In this document: one piece after another, positions 9,396-20,271 of the stretch
Position numbering within the stretch: position 1 is the stretch's first letter
How the letters are laid out: every line of letters begins with the position of its first letter
NCBI GenBank assembly: GCA_012514175.1
Contig: JAAZAU010000011.1
Span: 1 to 63,671, forward strand
From: Parcubacteria group bacterium
GTDB lineage: Bacteria; Patescibacteriota; Minisyncoccia; Phycocordibacterales; WO2-35-19
Reading direction: 5' to 3'
Length of the DNA stretch: 63,671 nucleotides
Translations under genes and position numbers: made by a program
Notes under the pieces: model-generated
Told to the model about the DNA's origin: nothing
The model's input: the letters and a program-made list of their open reading frames with translations, nothing else
The model's database searches: none

Positions 9396-10925
9396 TTATC
9401 TTGCGAACTCAATAGCGCGAGACTCGCGGATGACAACTACTCTAATTTCTCCAGGGTATTTGAGTTCGTTTTCAATGCGAACAGCAATATCGCGAGCGAT
9501 ATTTTTAGCTTCAATATCACTAACCTCAGATGGAGTTACAAAAACTCTGATTTCACGACCAGCTTGTAAAGCGTAAGCTTTTTCTACTCCTTTAATGTCG
9601 GTGGCAATGGTTTCCAATTCACCGAGTCTCTTGAGATAATTTTCAACACTGTCGCGTCTAGCGCCAGGTCTAGCACCAGATATCGCATCAGCAGCTTGAA
9701 CTATGTAGGATTCTAAAGTAGAGAAAGGGTATTCACCGTGATGGGATTCCATAGCGCGAATAATTTTTTCATCAGTGCCAAATTTTTGCAAAATTCTGCG
9801 CCCAATTTCAACATGGGTGCCTGCTATCTCATGATCTACCGCTTTACCAATATCGTGAAGAAGTGCGCCCGCTTTGGCTACATTTACGTTGGCTCCTATT
9901 TCACTAGCCAACATACCGGCAATATGAGCCATTTCAATTGAATGTTGTAATACGTTTTGACCATATGAGGTGCGGAAATGTAAACGACCAAGGATAGCAA
10001 CCACTCTGGGGTCTAAATTAAAGACTCCACATTCGTAAGCGGCAGCCTCACCTTTTTCTTTGATGGTTTTATTGATTTCTTGTTTAGCTTTTTCTACCAT
10101 TTCTTCAATTTTTACAGGTTGGATTCTGCCATCTTGAATAAGGTTTTCTAAAGCTACTTTAGCTACTTGTCTACGAACGGAGTCATAAGAAGAAATAGTA
10201 ATAAGCCCAGGTGTATCATCAACAATAATTTCTACCCCAGATATTCTTTCAAAAGCTTTGATGTTACGACCTTCCTTACCGATAATTTTCCCTTTTATTT
10301 CGTCTGAAGGGATGGTAACTGTGGTAGAAAAAACTTCAGAAGAGACAGAGTTGGCTAATCTTTGGATAGATGAGGTTAATATTTCTTTAGCTTTTGATTC
10401 TAATTTCTCATTACCAGAATTTTCAAGTTTTTGCATTCTAACCGTTAAATCTTCTTCATATTTTCTTTCAGTTTCTTTAAACAAAAGTTCTTTCGCCTCT
10501 TCTTCAGTCATTTTGGAAACTTTTTGTAATTCTTCGTATTTTTCTTTTTCTAAATTTTCAGCTTTTTCTTTGATGTTTTTGATTTCGGAAACCTTTTCTT
10601 TAACTTGTTCTATTTCTTTATCAATATCAAGCTGTCTTTTGTCTAAGAATTCCTCTTTTTTGATAAGACGATCTTCGGTTTTTTTAACTTTCTCTTCTCT
10701 TTCTTTGAATTCGGTCCGAATTTCTTTCAAAGTTTCTTCTGCTTTAGCTTCTGCTTCTTCAGTGATTTTTTTGGCTTCTTCTCTGGCATGTAACTCCATT
10801 TGTTTTATACGAAGCTCAACTGAACCTCTTTGACCCAAAGAAATAATCCATCTAAGAAAGTAACCAAATCCAACACCTACAAAAGCCGCTAGACCGGCTA
10901 AGAGTATTGCTAGTTTTAATGACAT
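9396..10925 (-). CDS. rny: ribonuclease Y
   Basis: N-terminal TM, long coiled coil, KH domain (GKIIGKEGRNIKAFE) and HD domain (LLHDIGKA...HH). Confidence 0.93.
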   Translation of the reverse strand: MSLKLAILLAGLAAFVGVGFGYFLRWIISLGQRGSVELRIKQMELHAREEAKKITEEAEAKAEETLKEIRTEFKEREEKVKKTEDRLIKKEEFLDKRQLDIDKEIEQVKEKVSEIKNIKEKAENLEKEKYEELQKVSKMTEEEAKELLFKETERKYEEDLTVRMQKLENSGNEKLESKAKEILTSSIQRLANSVSSEVFSTTVTIPSDEIKGKIIGKEGRNIKAFERISGVEIIVDDTPGLITISSYDSVRRQVAKVALENLIQDGRIQPVKIEEMVEKAKQEINKTIKEKGEAAAYECGVFNLDPRVVAILGRLHFRTSYGQNVLQHSIEMAHIAGMLASEIGANVNVAKAGALLHDIGKAVDHEIAGTHVEIGRRILQKFGTDEKIIRAMESHHGEYPFSTLESYIVQAADAISGARPGARRDSVENYLKRLGELETIATDIKGVEKAYALQAGREIRVFVTPSEVSDIEAKNIARDIAVRIENELKYPGEIRVVVIRESRAIEFAR

Positions 10926-11103
10926 ATATTTTGCTGTAATTCCGCTTTAGTTTAGAGCAGCAGAAAACGGAAGCCTATTTTTTTGTTAGAAAATAAAGAC
11001 ATTTTGATGAAAATCAGCTCTGTAATCTTAACGGAAATTACGAAATTTAATGCTAATACTGGCATTATATAAGAAAGGTCCCAAAATCGCAAATTTTGTT
11101 TTT

Positions 11104-11697
11104 TTATAGGATTTTATCAACAATTCCGTATTTTTTGGCTTCTTCAGCAGACATAAAGAAGTCTCGTTCTACATCGTTTTCTATTTTAGAAAGTGGTTGG
11201 CCAGTGTTTTCAGCAAGCATTTTGTTCAGATTTTCTTTGGTTTTCAAAATATGTTTGGCTGTAATTGCAATATCCGTAGCCTGACCTTCAGCGCCACCGA
11301 TTGGTTGATGAATCATCACTTCAGCATTTTTTAAGATAAATCTTTTGCCTTTGGTCCCAGCGGAAAGCACTAAAGCTGCACCAGAGGCAGCAATACCAAC
11401 GCAGAAAGTAGAAACGTCTGGCTTTATGAATTTCATAGTGTCTACAATGGCTAGGGTAGAAGTGACAGAACCTCCTGGGGAATTTATATAAAGAGAAATT
11501 TCTTTTTTAGAATTTTCTGATTGCAAAAAAAGAAGTTGGGCAATGATGAGATTGGCCATTGTGTCTTCAATTGGGCCACCCAAAAAGATAATCCTATCTT
11601 TTAACAGTCTAGAATAAATATCATAAGCTCTCTCACTGTTATGAGTTTTTTCTATAACTGTTGGAACCAATATTGAATTTTGTATTGTGTTTTTCAT
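11104..11697 (-). CDS. clpP: ATP-dependent Clp protease proteolytic subunit
   Basis: [22 protein letters not shown]..., [14 protein letters not shown] (catalytic Ser), MIHQP (His). Confidence 0.96.
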   Translation of the reverse strand: MKNTIQNSILVPTVIEKTHNSERAYDIYSRLLKDRIIFLGGPIEDTMANLIIAQLLFLQSENSKKEISLYINSPGGSVTSTLAIVDTMKFIKPDVSTFCVGIAASGAALVLSAGTKGKRFILKNAEVMIHQPIGGAEGQATDIAITAKHILKTKENLNKMLAENTGQPLSKIENDVERDFFMSAEEAKKYGIVDKIL

Positions 11698-11719
11698 AAT
11701 TCGTATACTAGCATATTTT

Positions 11720-12814
11720 TTATTGATTTTCTAAAAGTTTTAGAACTTCTTGGTTTAGGAGAGTGGTGATGACAAAAATACGGATATTTTCTTCTGAAGC
11801 TTCAGGGTAGTGTTTCTTTAATTCTTTTATTTCATTATCCAAAATTTCCTGGTTTGGTTTTAATTTTTCAGTTTCAGCTATTTTGTTAAAAATAAGTTGC
11901 ACTTTGGCTTTTTTCTCAGAATTATCTTTCAAATCTTTTTTTAGTTCTTCCTCTGCTTTTGCTAAAGCTTCAGCGGATGAATCAATCTTTTTGGTGTGGG
12001 CAAGATATTCTTCCCACTTCATACCCACTCTCTCTACATCATCTTTCATTTGAGCTAAAGATTTTTGAATTTCACTTTCCACTAAGATTTCTGGTAAATC
12101 CATTTTAGATTTTTCAATTAATTTTTCTATTATGTTTGCTCTGAGTTTATCTTTACTTCTGAGTTTTTTTTCTGCGATTAGATTTTCTTTAACTTTTTCT
12201 TTTAGTTCGGCTAAATTTTTGAAATTACCGGCTTCTTTGGCTAAATTATCATCAAGTTTTGGTAAATCTTCATCTTTAATATCGGGGTGATTGTGGCCTT
12301 TTTCATCAGGATGATTTTTATGCCAATCAAAATAAGCTTTATTTTTTCTGATCTGTAACAAAACGTCGTCCACCTCTTTTTCCGTAGCTTCAAATTTTTC
12401 TTTTTTCCCTTTTTCTTTTTCAATAATGTCTTTCGCAATTTTTTTGTAATCGGGTAGGGTGATTTCCGGCATTACAGCCAAGACCACTTTGAATTCCACG
12501 GGGTTATTTAAGGCTAATTTGGTGACTGAAACTTTAGGGTGACCAATGACATCTAGTTTTTCTTGTTCTACAATTTTAGGAAAATGTTCATTGAGAAGAA
12601 GGTCAACCGCTTCTTCTAAAAGTCGGTTTTCGCCAACTTTTTCAATAACAATATTTTCAGGCACAAAACCTTTGCGAAAACCATCAACCTCTAAGGAGTT
12701 GCAAAAGTTTTTTATAGCTTTTTTTCTAGCAGAATCTAATAATTCAGCTGGTAAAGATACCTCTAATTCTATTTCTGATTTAGGTAATTTTTTTGTTTTT
12801 ATATTGTATTCCAT
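11720..12814 (-). CDS. tig: trigger factor (short form)
   Basis: N-terminal ribosome-binding domain with GFRKGFVP (GFRxGxxP) motif. Lies upstream of clpP as in many bacteria. Confidence 0.85.
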   Translation of the reverse strand: MEYNIKTKKLPKSEIELEVSLPAELLDSARKKAIKNFCNSLEVDGFRKGFVPENIVIEKVGENRLLEEAVDLLLNEHFPKIVEQEKLDVIGHPKVSVTKLALNNPVEFKVVLAVMPEITLPDYKKIAKDIIEKEKGKKEKFEATEKEVDDVLLQIRKNKAYFDWHKNHPDEKGHNHPDIKDEDLPKLDDNLAKEAGNFKNLAELKEKVKENLIAEKKLRSKDKLRANIIEKLIEKSKMDLPEILVESEIQKSLAQMKDDVERVGMKWEEYLAHTKKIDSSAEALAKAEEELKKDLKDNSEKKAKVQLIFNKIAETEKLKPNQEILDNEIKELKKHYPEASEENIRIFVITTLLNQEVLKLLENQ

Positions 12815-12852
12815 TTGGCTAGTCTATATGAAAAACGCTTTTGAGTCAAAAC

Positions 12853-12877
12853 AAAAAATCCCATCCAGGGATTTTTT
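12853..12877 (-). terminator. intrinsic terminator hairpin (bidirectional A-run/T-run)
   Basis: AAAAAATCCC-atcca-GGGATTTTTT, immediately downstream of the minus-strand ORF ending at 12909. Confidence 0.6.
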
Positions 12878-12908
12878 GTTTTTTTATGTTGTTTTTTTAC
12901 TCAATTAT

Positions 12909-13223
12909 TTATTGAAGTTCTGCTTCAATAGCGGCAGTGCCTTGATCAAGACTATCTAAATCGGTAGCGTTCAAGTCAGCTTCTATGGCATCTAATTCAT
13001 CTGAACCAGATTGTTGATTTAAGGATTCGGTGATAGCGTCTGGTTGTTCAACTGGTATTTCAGGCACAAAAACTTTTTGGGAACTTCTCATTTGAAAGAA
13101 ATATAGACCACCTATAATTATAAGAGCTAAAATAACAATGACTGCAAAAAGCGGACCAATTGAAGATTTTTTTTCAGGTTGGCTTTGCATTGGTGGCATT
13201 TGGTTTGGGTTGAATGTGTCCAT
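12909..13223 (-). CDS. hypothetical membrane-anchored protein
   Basis: 104 aa with a single TM (IGPLFAVIVILALIIIGGLYFF) and an acidic C-terminal tail. Confidence 0.5.
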   Translation of the reverse strand: MDTFNPNQMPPMQSQPEKKSSIGPLFAVIVILALIIIGGLYFFQMRSSQKVFVPEIPVEQPDAITESLNQQSGSDELDAIEADLNATDLDSLDQGTAAIEAELQ

Positions 13224-13249
13224 ATATTTTTTAGTTTAATTTAATAATT

Positions 13250-13921
13250 TTATTCGTTTGTAGTTGTTGTGGTGGTTGTTGAAGTGCGAGTCTGATTTTC
13301 TTTTTCAAGTTTATTTTGTCCAGGTTTTAAACTACTTATTACATCAACTAAAGCGGCGTGGGCGTCTTTGAGCTCTTCTTTAGCTTTTGTTATTTGAGTT
13401 TTTGTTTTTCCAAACGAATTTTTGAGAATATTTGCGGTAGAAGAAGCGGTATCGGTAGAATCTTTAGTTTCTGAAGCGCCAATAAGAGCTATACTAGCTT
13501 TAGCTGTGGCTATTTTAGTTTTGGCTTTAGCTAAAAGCTCTTCTGCTTCTGAAACGTCAATATTTGCAATTTTGAGTTTAGCGATTCTTGATTCTATTCT
13601 TAAGGCTAAAGTCTCAAGTCTTTTTGCTGCTGCTTCGTATCTTTCTTTCAGTTTTTCTGTGAATTGATTGACTCGTTCTTCCATTCTGTTGGTAATACTT
13701 TGCTTTTTTTCTTGGACTGAATTTTTAATAGTTTCTGTTCTTGAGGCTGTTTCCTGTCGCATCTCTTCTTTTTTGGTTTCTATACGATCTTTTATGGTTT
13801 CTCTCTTTTGTTCTGCTTGGGCCTTGTTTTCCTTTGCCACGTCAGATTGAGCGAAAGAAAGATTTGGCATAGCCACCAACAAAGAAAATAGCATTAAAAA
13901 TAATAGTATTTTACTTTTCAT
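13250..13921 (-). CDS. hypothetical secreted coiled-coil protein
   Basis: Signal peptide MKSKILLFLMLFSLLVAMPNLSFA, K/E-rich helical body and a poly-Thr tail. Confidence 0.5.
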   Translation of the reverse strand: MKSKILLFLMLFSLLVAMPNLSFAQSDVAKENKAQAEQKRETIKDRIETKKEEMRQETASRTETIKNSVQEKKQSITNRMEERVNQFTEKLKERYEAAAKRLETLALRIESRIAKLKIANIDVSEAEELLAKAKTKIATAKASIALIGASETKDSTDTASSTANILKNSFGKTKTQITKAKEELKDAHAALVDVISSLKPGQNKLEKENQTRTSTTTTTTTNE

Positions 13922-13996
13922 AGATTATAAATTAATTGTAAACAGCTGCCCCTGCTGTCCTCAATTTTAGCACATTATAATCTTAATGAAAGTGGA

Positions 13997-15133
13997 TTAT
14001 TCTGCTGTTTCCAAGTCTTCTCCTTGGATTGATTTGATGTCAATTCTCCAACCGGTGAGTTTAGCTGCTAGTCGCACATTTTGACCACCTTTACCAATAG
14101 CTAAAGATTGTTGATCTTCAGAAACTACGACATTGGCTTGGTGATCTTCTTCGTTTATTTCAACGGAAGCTATTTTGGCAGGAGAGAGTGCATCCTCAAT
14201 AAACTCAACAGGATCTTCAGACCACTCTATAATGTCAATTTTTTCGCCTCCAAGTTCGGAAGTTACCGTAGCGACCCTGACACCTCTTTGCCCAACCAAT
14301 GAGCCGACAGGATCAATATAATCATCGTTAGAAACTACAGCGACTTTGGAACGAGAACCGGCTTCTCTAGCCACTGATCTAATTTCAATTGTGCCATTTG
14401 CCAGTTCTGGTGCTTCATTTTCAAAAAGTTTTACTAGAAAACGTGGGTGTGAGCGTGAAAGCCTAAGAGTGACGCCTTTTGGTCCATCTTCTACTCTGTA
14501 AAGGTAAGATCTAACCCTTTCACCCTGACTAAATCTCTCACCAGGGATTTGTTCTTCATAGGGCAATATACCCACAGCTCTTCCCACGTCAATAAAAATA
14601 TTACCGCGTTCAATTCTTTGAACTGTGCCGGTGATAATATCTCCTTCACGTTCACCAAATTCTTTAAGCACAGAACTTCTTTCAGCTTCTCGGATTTTTT
14701 GAATGATAACTTGTTTGGCGGTTTGGCTGGCGATACGTCCATAATTACCCTTTGATTCAATAGGGAATATTATTTCATCTCCAACTTCGGCATCTTTTTT
14801 GATTTTTTTGGCATCTGGCAATAAAATATGATGTTCCTCATTGTAAAGCACTCTGTCGTCGTCATTAGCTTCCGCAGTCTCTAAAGCTTTCTCTAAATCT
14901 TCCTTATTCATAAAAACTTTACTGTCATCAACTACGATTTTAATTTGGTTCATTTCTACAGAACCGGTATCTATATCAAAAGTTGCTCGGATGATTTGTC
15001 CGCGTTTACCGTATTCTTTTTTGTAAGCGGTAGCTAAAGCCATCTCAATAGCTTCAATAACTTTGTCTTTGGCGATACCACGCTCTTCTTCTAGTTGATC
15101 AAGAACCGAATTTATAACCTTTAAATCAAACAT
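13997..15133 (-). CDS. nusA: transcription termination/antitermination factor NusA
   Basis: N-terminal domain, S1 domain (GDIITGTVQRIERGNIFIDVG) and two KH domains (GQRGVRV, GKGGQNVRLA). Confidence 0.93.
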   Translation of the reverse strand: MFDLKVINSVLDQLEEERGIAKDKVIEAIEMALATAYKKEYGKRGQIIRATFDIDTGSVEMNQIKIVVDDSKVFMNKEDLEKALETAEANDDDRVLYNEEHHILLPDAKKIKKDAEVGDEIIFPIESKGNYGRIASQTAKQVIIQKIREAERSSVLKEFGEREGDIITGTVQRIERGNIFIDVGRAVGILPYEEQIPGERFSQGERVRSYLYRVEDGPKGVTLRLSRSHPRFLVKLFENEAPELANGTIEIRSVAREAGSRSKVAVVSNDDYIDPVGSLVGQRGVRVATVTSELGGEKIDIIEWSEDPVEFIEDALSPAKIASVEINEEDHQANVVVSEDQQSLAIGKGGQNVRLAAKLTGWRIDIKSIQGEDLETAE

Positions 15134-15292
15134 ATAATTGGAATTTTAAGTTTTTAATTTGCTTCACTGGTTAATAAAAAAACCGCGGGTTGAGCGGAAT
15201 TTTTATCATTCAGTATTAACTCTATTATATACCTAAGGTAGTCAACAGTCAAGCTTTTGTTTTTGATATTAATTTAGAATATAATTTAGGAT

Positions 15293-17935
15293 ATGGAACG
15301 AGCACCTACCCCAAACAATCTACCATCGGGTTTTGAAAATTGGCCAAAGTGGAAGCAAAGAGAAGAATACAAAAATCTTGAGACAAATTTGCTTAGAAAA
15401 TCTTTAGATATCCCTACGGAAGATAATAGATCTGTGGAAGAAATTTTTGAAGAAATGGAAAAACTTAATCCTTACAATCCATATAAAACTGTTAGAGATA
15501 GAGCGTATCTAGAAAATAGATTAAAAGAGCTTGAATCAGAAGGCTCCCTTTCTTCAGAAGAACAAGCTCAGGATTTTTTAGATTCATCTCCTGCGATTGA
15601 AGAAAACCAAGAATCGTTAGATGTTAAACCAGAAACCCAAAGCGAAAAAACATCCGCAGAATTTCAATATGAAAATCAAGCTGAAACAAAACCCGATTTT
15701 TACGCAAAAAATTATGTAGCAGATTTTGGTGGAGAAGAAACTGTTCGTTATGAACCAACTGAACAAAGTGACGAAGATTTAGAAATTTTGGAGCAAAAGA
15801 AAAAAAGCGGTGAAGCTATTAATGTTATAGACAAAAGAAATTTTGATTTATTTGAAGATGACAAAAAAGTAGGTATTCAAAATGATCAGAAACCTGAAAG
15901 CAACGATTCTCGTATAGACGATAACAAAGAATATGTGAGTAATGCTGAATATGAATTAAACAGAGAACAGGAAGAGCAAATTAAAGAGCGGGTAATAGAG
16001 ACGAAAGAAGATGTTTATAGGTGGGAAAATAGCGAAGAGCAGGACAATTTGGAGAATTTTAGGATGGATAGAATTTTGGCGGAAGACAGTTTTAAACGGG
16101 GGCAAATAAAACAAGATACATTAAATACTTCAATTGAAAACTATAAATACGCTTTGGGCGCGGCGGCAGATAAGATAAAAGAAAGTTTAAGGAAGGAGGC
16201 GGGGGAAAATCTTGATGCTGTAAAAGAAGCGCAATTAAGATTAAAAATAAACAGAACCATTTTTGAAGAGCTTGTAGAGAAAGAAAACGAAGTTTATTTA
16301 GCGTTTTTAAGAAATGAAAGAGCCGAAACTACACAAGATAAAATTATTGAGGGTTTGAAAAATGCTTTAAGTGATAAAGTAACGAAGTGGTATGAAGGAC
16401 TTTCAGAGGGGCAAAAATTTGCTCTAAATTTTGGTTCTGCTGGACTCGTGGGTTTAACTTTTGATGCGGTTAAGGATTTGAAAGAAGCTGAGGAAAGAGA
16501 GATAGAAGAATTAAAAAACTCTAATCTTTCTGTTAACGAAAGGGCTGAAAAGCTTTTGGAAATAAAAAATAGATATAAAAAAGACAGAATAAAAAGAACC
16601 TTGAAACAAATGAAAGAAAACACCGTGGGGGCTGGCAAAGAGGTTCTTATGGAGTTGGTTAAAAATGTTGAAGATCGGCTTCCTTCAAGAAGAGGTTATG
16701 ACCCGGGAAATATAAACTCACCAGAGTTTCCACCCGATGTTGCTCCAGAGCAAATGTCTTTTGACCCATCGCTTTTAACACATAAAGTGTTGGAAGGAGA
16801 ATCCACTTGGCAGATTTTGGAGAGTATTCTGAACCATAATGATCGGTTTGAAAAAATGTCTGAAGCTCAAAAAACCTATGTTCTAAGTTATTTAACTAAT
16901 AAAGCTATTCAAAATCCTGAACAATATGGTTTAAACAGTGATGGTTCTATAAGTATGGGTAGCAAAACGGACTTTACAAAAATGTTTGAAGACACTAAGG
17001 AGATCAAAACTGTTTTTAACAAGGCTGAGCAAACCATAACTCCAGGCAGTCCTCAAGAAGAGTCAATTCTTTCAAATAATCAAAAAATAAAAGATTGGGT
17101 CAAGGGTCGCTCTCAAGAAGTTTTAGATGAGAAAACTGTGCCAGAAATTTTAAGTGATAAACCGATTCCAAGTGTGGAAACTAAGCCTGAGCCCGACGTT
17201 GTTGAACAAACAGGGGGACCGCCCGAAACCATTGAGTCAGAAAGTGCAGAAAAAGTGGATCCAATATCACAAGAAGCTCAAGAGGAAGTAAATAAATTAG
17301 TTGAACAAGTAGATTTAGCAAATGGTAATGTTGACAGAGATGGGCGGTTGATTGACACAGATCAAACAACTGAAGCAGAAACAGACTCAATAGAAGACGG
17401 TGACGTTGATGAATCGGTTAACATGGATCAGGTAGCTAAAGAATTAGCAGAAGCAAAAGCAAGGTTAGCGTTTCTAGAAGATGCTAAAAAAAATAACAAC
17501 AATAATAATGATGTAGAAAATTTATTTAATTCCAACAAAAAATATGCTGAAGACCTTGAAGAGGCTTTTAATACAGAAATAGATGAGTTTTACGGTAAAA
17601 GGGGTTTGTTGGGATTTGGTAAAGAGAGAGGAGTAGACACACTTGAATGGAAAGAGATATCAAGATTGCCAGTTGTTAAGGTTATAGATTATTATACTGG
17701 TGACTCTATGAAATCTGATTTGCATCCAGAAATTGTAAGAAGGTTTTCAGAATCACCAAGACACCAACGTTTTATAGAGCATATGGATGGACTTATAAGA
17801 CAAACTGGCGGATTGGTAAAACCTTTTGAGAATGAAAGTGTGGAACAGTTTGTAAAACGTCTCGGAGGTTATCTCTTAAGGACCCACTTGCAAAAAATGC
17901 ATCTTTCTGAAATAGGTCTGAAAGAAACGGCATAA
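15293..17935 (+). CDS. large acidic hypothetical protein (880 aa)
   Basis: Long uninterrupted ORF, E/D/K/N-rich, with no recognisable catalytic motif. Confidence 0.6.
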   Translation: MERAPTPNNLPSGFENWPKWKQREEYKNLETNLLRKSLDIPTEDNRSVEEIFEEMEKLNPYNPYKTVRDRAYLENRLKELESEGSLSSEEQAQDFLDSSPAIEENQESLDVKPETQSEKTSAEFQYENQAETKPDFYAKNYVADFGGEETVRYEPTEQSDEDLEILEQKKKSGEAINVIDKRNFDLFEDDKKVGIQNDQKPESNDSRIDDNKEYVSNAEYELNREQEEQIKERVIETKEDVYRWENSEEQDNLENFRMDRILAEDSFKRGQIKQDTLNTSIENYKYALGAAADKIKESLRKEAGENLDAVKEAQLRLKINRTIFEELVEKENEVYLAFLRNERAETTQDKIIEGLKNALSDKVTKWYEGLSEGQKFALNFGSAGLVGLTFDAVKDLKEAEEREIEELKNSNLSVNERAEKLLEIKNRYKKDRIKRTLKQMKENTVGAGKEVLMELVKNVEDRLPSRRGYDPGNINSPEFPPDVAPEQMSFDPSLLTHKVLEGESTWQILESILNHNDRFEKMSEAQKTYVLSYLTNKAIQNPEQYGLNSDGSISMGSKTDFTKMFEDTKEIKTVFNKAEQTITPGSPQEESILSNNQKIKDWVKGRSQEVLDEKTVPEILSDKPIPSVETKPEPDVVEQTGGPPETIESESAEKVDPISQEAQEEVNKLVEQVDLANGNVDRDGRLIDTDQTTEAETDSIEDGDVDESVNMDQVAKELAEAKARLAFLEDAKKNNNNNNDVENLFNSNKKYAEDLEEAFNTEIDEFYGKRGLLGFGKERGVDTLEWKEISRLPVVKVIDYYTGDSMKSDLHPEIVRRFSESPRHQRFIEHMDGLIRQTGGLVKPFENESVEQFVKRLGGYLLRTHLQKMHLSEIGLKETA

Positions 17936-17994
17936 ATCTGTAATAGGCTTTAGAGAGAAATTAATAAATTTAAAAATTTAAGATTAAAAAAGTA

Positions 17995-18294
17995 ATGAGT
18001 GAAGAATTTAATAAGAAAATAGCTGCCGATTTCGGTTTGGAAAATATGGATTCCAGAGAGCAAACTTTAATGATTGAAAAAATTGGTAATCTGCTTTTTG
18101 AATCCGTTATGGAAAGAGCCATAGATGCTATGGATGGGCCAGTGATGAATGATTTTGAAGATACTCTAGTTGAGGCTGGTAATGACTACCCCAAAATAAT
18201 TTCTTTTCTAAAACAAAGAATTCCTGGTTTTGATGTAATAGTTTCAGAAGAAATGAATCGCTTAAAGCGGGCTACTTCTGGCATATTTGCATAA
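17995..18294 (+). CDS. hypothetical small protein
   Basis: 99 aa ORF with plausible spacing. No motif recognised. Confidence 0.45.
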   Translation: MSEEFNKKIAADFGLENMDSREQTLMIEKIGNLLFESVMERAIDAMDGPVMNDFEDTLVEAGNDYPKIISFLKQRIPGFDVIVSEEMNRLKRATSGIFA

Positions 18295-18388
18295 AATTTT
18301 GTTTTTGTTATGATATAATTTATTGATAAAAATGGCGCTTTTTATTTTATTTTGCGTCGCAAATTTTATTCATTTTTAATTTAAATTT

Positions 18389-19591
18389 ATGGCAGAAACT
18401 TTTGATCGTTCTAAGCCTCACGTTAACGTGGGAACCATTGGTCACGTTGACCACGGCAAAACCACATTGACCGCTTCAATCCTCAAAACTCTCGATTTGA
18501 GAAAAGATGAGGGTTATGGTGCTCGTGTGGAAGCAGTTGAGAGTATTGACAAAGCTCCTGAAGAAAAAGCTCGCGGTATTACTATTGCTTTGCACCACTC
18601 AGAATATTGGACCCCAACTAGACATTATGCTCACATTGATGCTCCGGGTCACGCTGACTACATCAAAAATATGATTACTGGTGCTGCTCAGATGGATGCC
18701 GCCATTCTTGTGGTTGCTGCTACCGATGGTGTGATGCCTCAAACTAGAGAGCACATTCTTTTGGCTCACCAAGTAGGTGTTCCAAGAATTGTAGTCTTTA
18801 TAAACAAATGCGATATGGTTGCTGAACAGGATTTGATAGATTTGGTTGAAGAAGAAATTAGAGAACTTTTGACCAAAAACCATTACGATGGTGCTAATAC
18901 TCCGATTATTCGTGGTTCTGGTCTAAAAGCTTTGGAAGCTAAAGATATAAATGATGAATGGTCTAAAAAAGTTGTTGAACTTATAGACACTTTGGAATCT
19001 TATGTTCCAAATCCAGTCAGGGAGCTTGATAAACCTTTCCTTATGCCAATTGAAGACATTTTCTCAATTGAAGGACGAGGTACTGTGGTAACAGGTAAAA
19101 TAGAAAGAGGTGTTATTAAGGTTGGAGAGGAAGTTGAAATTATAGGTCTCAAAGAGGCTCAAAAAACTACTGTTACTGGTATTGAAATGTTTAACAAGCA
19201 ACTTCAAGAAGGTCAATCTGGAGACAACGCAGGTATTCTTCTCCGAGGTCTTAAGAAAGAAGATGTCCACAGAGGTCAAGTTATTGCTAAAGTCGGTTCG
19301 GTTACTCCTCATACCGAATTTGAATCGGAAGTTTACATTTTGAAAAAAGAAGAAGGTGGTAGACACACTCCGTTCTTCTCAGGTTACAAACCTCAGTTCT
19401 ACATTAGAACTACTGACGTTACTGGTGAAGTAACTTTGAAAGAAGGTGTTGAAATGGTTATGCCAGGAGATACTGTAACTTTCAAAGTTAAATTGGTAGC
19501 TCCAATTGCTTTGGAACAAAATCAGAGATTTGCTATCCGTGAAGGTGGTAAAACTGTGGGAGCAGGAGTAGTCACCAAAATTGTTGCATAA
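18389..19591 (+). CDS. tuf: elongation factor Tu
   Basis: [18 protein letters not shown] and NKCD GTPase motifs. 400 aa. Confidence 0.98.
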   Translation: MAETFDRSKPHVNVGTIGHVDHGKTTLTASILKTLDLRKDEGYGARVEAVESIDKAPEEKARGITIALHHSEYWTPTRHYAHIDAPGHADYIKNMITGAAQMDAAILVVAATDGVMPQTREHILLAHQVGVPRIVVFINKCDMVAEQDLIDLVEEEIRELLTKNHYDGANTPIIRGSGLKALEAKDINDEWSKKVVELIDTLESYVPNPVRELDKPFLMPIEDIFSIEGRGTVVTGKIERGVIKVGEEVEIIGLKEAQKTTVTGIEMFNKQLQEGQSGDNAGILLRGLKKEDVHRGQVIAKVGSVTPHTEFESEVYILKKEEGGRHTPFFSGYKPQFYIRTTDVTGEVTLKEGVEMVMPGDTVTFKVKLVAPIALEQNQRFAIREGGKTVGAGVVTKIVA

Positions 19592-19625
19592 AATCGCAAT
19601 TTAAGGTAGGTTAGAGATTAATATT

Positions 19626-20000
19626 ATGGCGGAAGGTGAAAGCACATTAAAAAAATCAAAAACAACAAAGAAATCTTCCAAAAAAGAAGAAGCAATTTCA
19701 AAGTTGCGCATCAGAGTAAGGGCTTATGAATATAAAGTCTTAGATATTTCAGTTAAGCAGATAATAGACACCGCTCTTCGGTATGATGCTAAGATTGTTG
19801 GACCGGTGCCGTTACCGACTGAAATAAAGAAATATACTGTAAATCGTTCTCCATTCGTTTACAAAAACGCCAGGGAACAGTTTGAGATGCGTGTTCATCG
19901 TAGAGTGATTGATATTATCAATCCTTCACCGAAAATAATGGAAGCTTTGACTAACCTTTCTCTGCCGTCTGGAGTCAACATAGATGTTAAAATAATCTAA
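19626..20000 (+). CDS. rpsJ: 30S ribosomal protein S10 (N-terminal extension)
   Basis: LRIRVRAYEYKVLD...GPVPLPT...FTVNRSPFVYK...FEMRVHRR pattern. Confidence 0.95.
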   Translation: MAEGESTLKKSKTTKKSSKKEEAISKLRIRVRAYEYKVLDISVKQIIDTALRYDAKIVGPVPLPTEIKKYTVNRSPFVYKNAREQFEMRVHRRVIDIINPSPKIMEALTNLSLPSGVNIDVKII

Positions 20001-20016
20001 AAAATCTGATTAAAAC

Positions 20017-20050
20017 AAAAACCCCACTCAAAAGCGGGGTTTTTGTTTTG
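20017..20050 (+). terminator. intrinsic terminator after rpsJ
   Basis: AAAAACCCC-loop-GGGGTTTTTGTTTT hairpin directly after the S10 stop codon. Confidence 0.6.
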
Positions 20051-20271
20051 GCTACCAATTTTTAAAGTATTGGAAAAAAAAGAACGCATAATATTCATAT
20101 GAATAATCAAGAAATTAATATGAAAATTTTTTATAAAATTTTAGCAAGCTAAGTAGGTTTTTCTAAATTACGAGAATTATCACAAAAAACTATTCTATTA
20201 AATAAAGGATTATCTTTTGACTTTTTTAGAGCATTCTGATAATCTACTGAAAGCCGGATGGCGTTTTTTAT

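Noticed and set aside
10258-10833. 191-aa plus-strand ORF
   Set aside because: It lies entirely antisense to the well-supported rny gene. Its S/F/L-rich low-complexity translation is typical of the reverse frame of a K/E-rich coiled coil.
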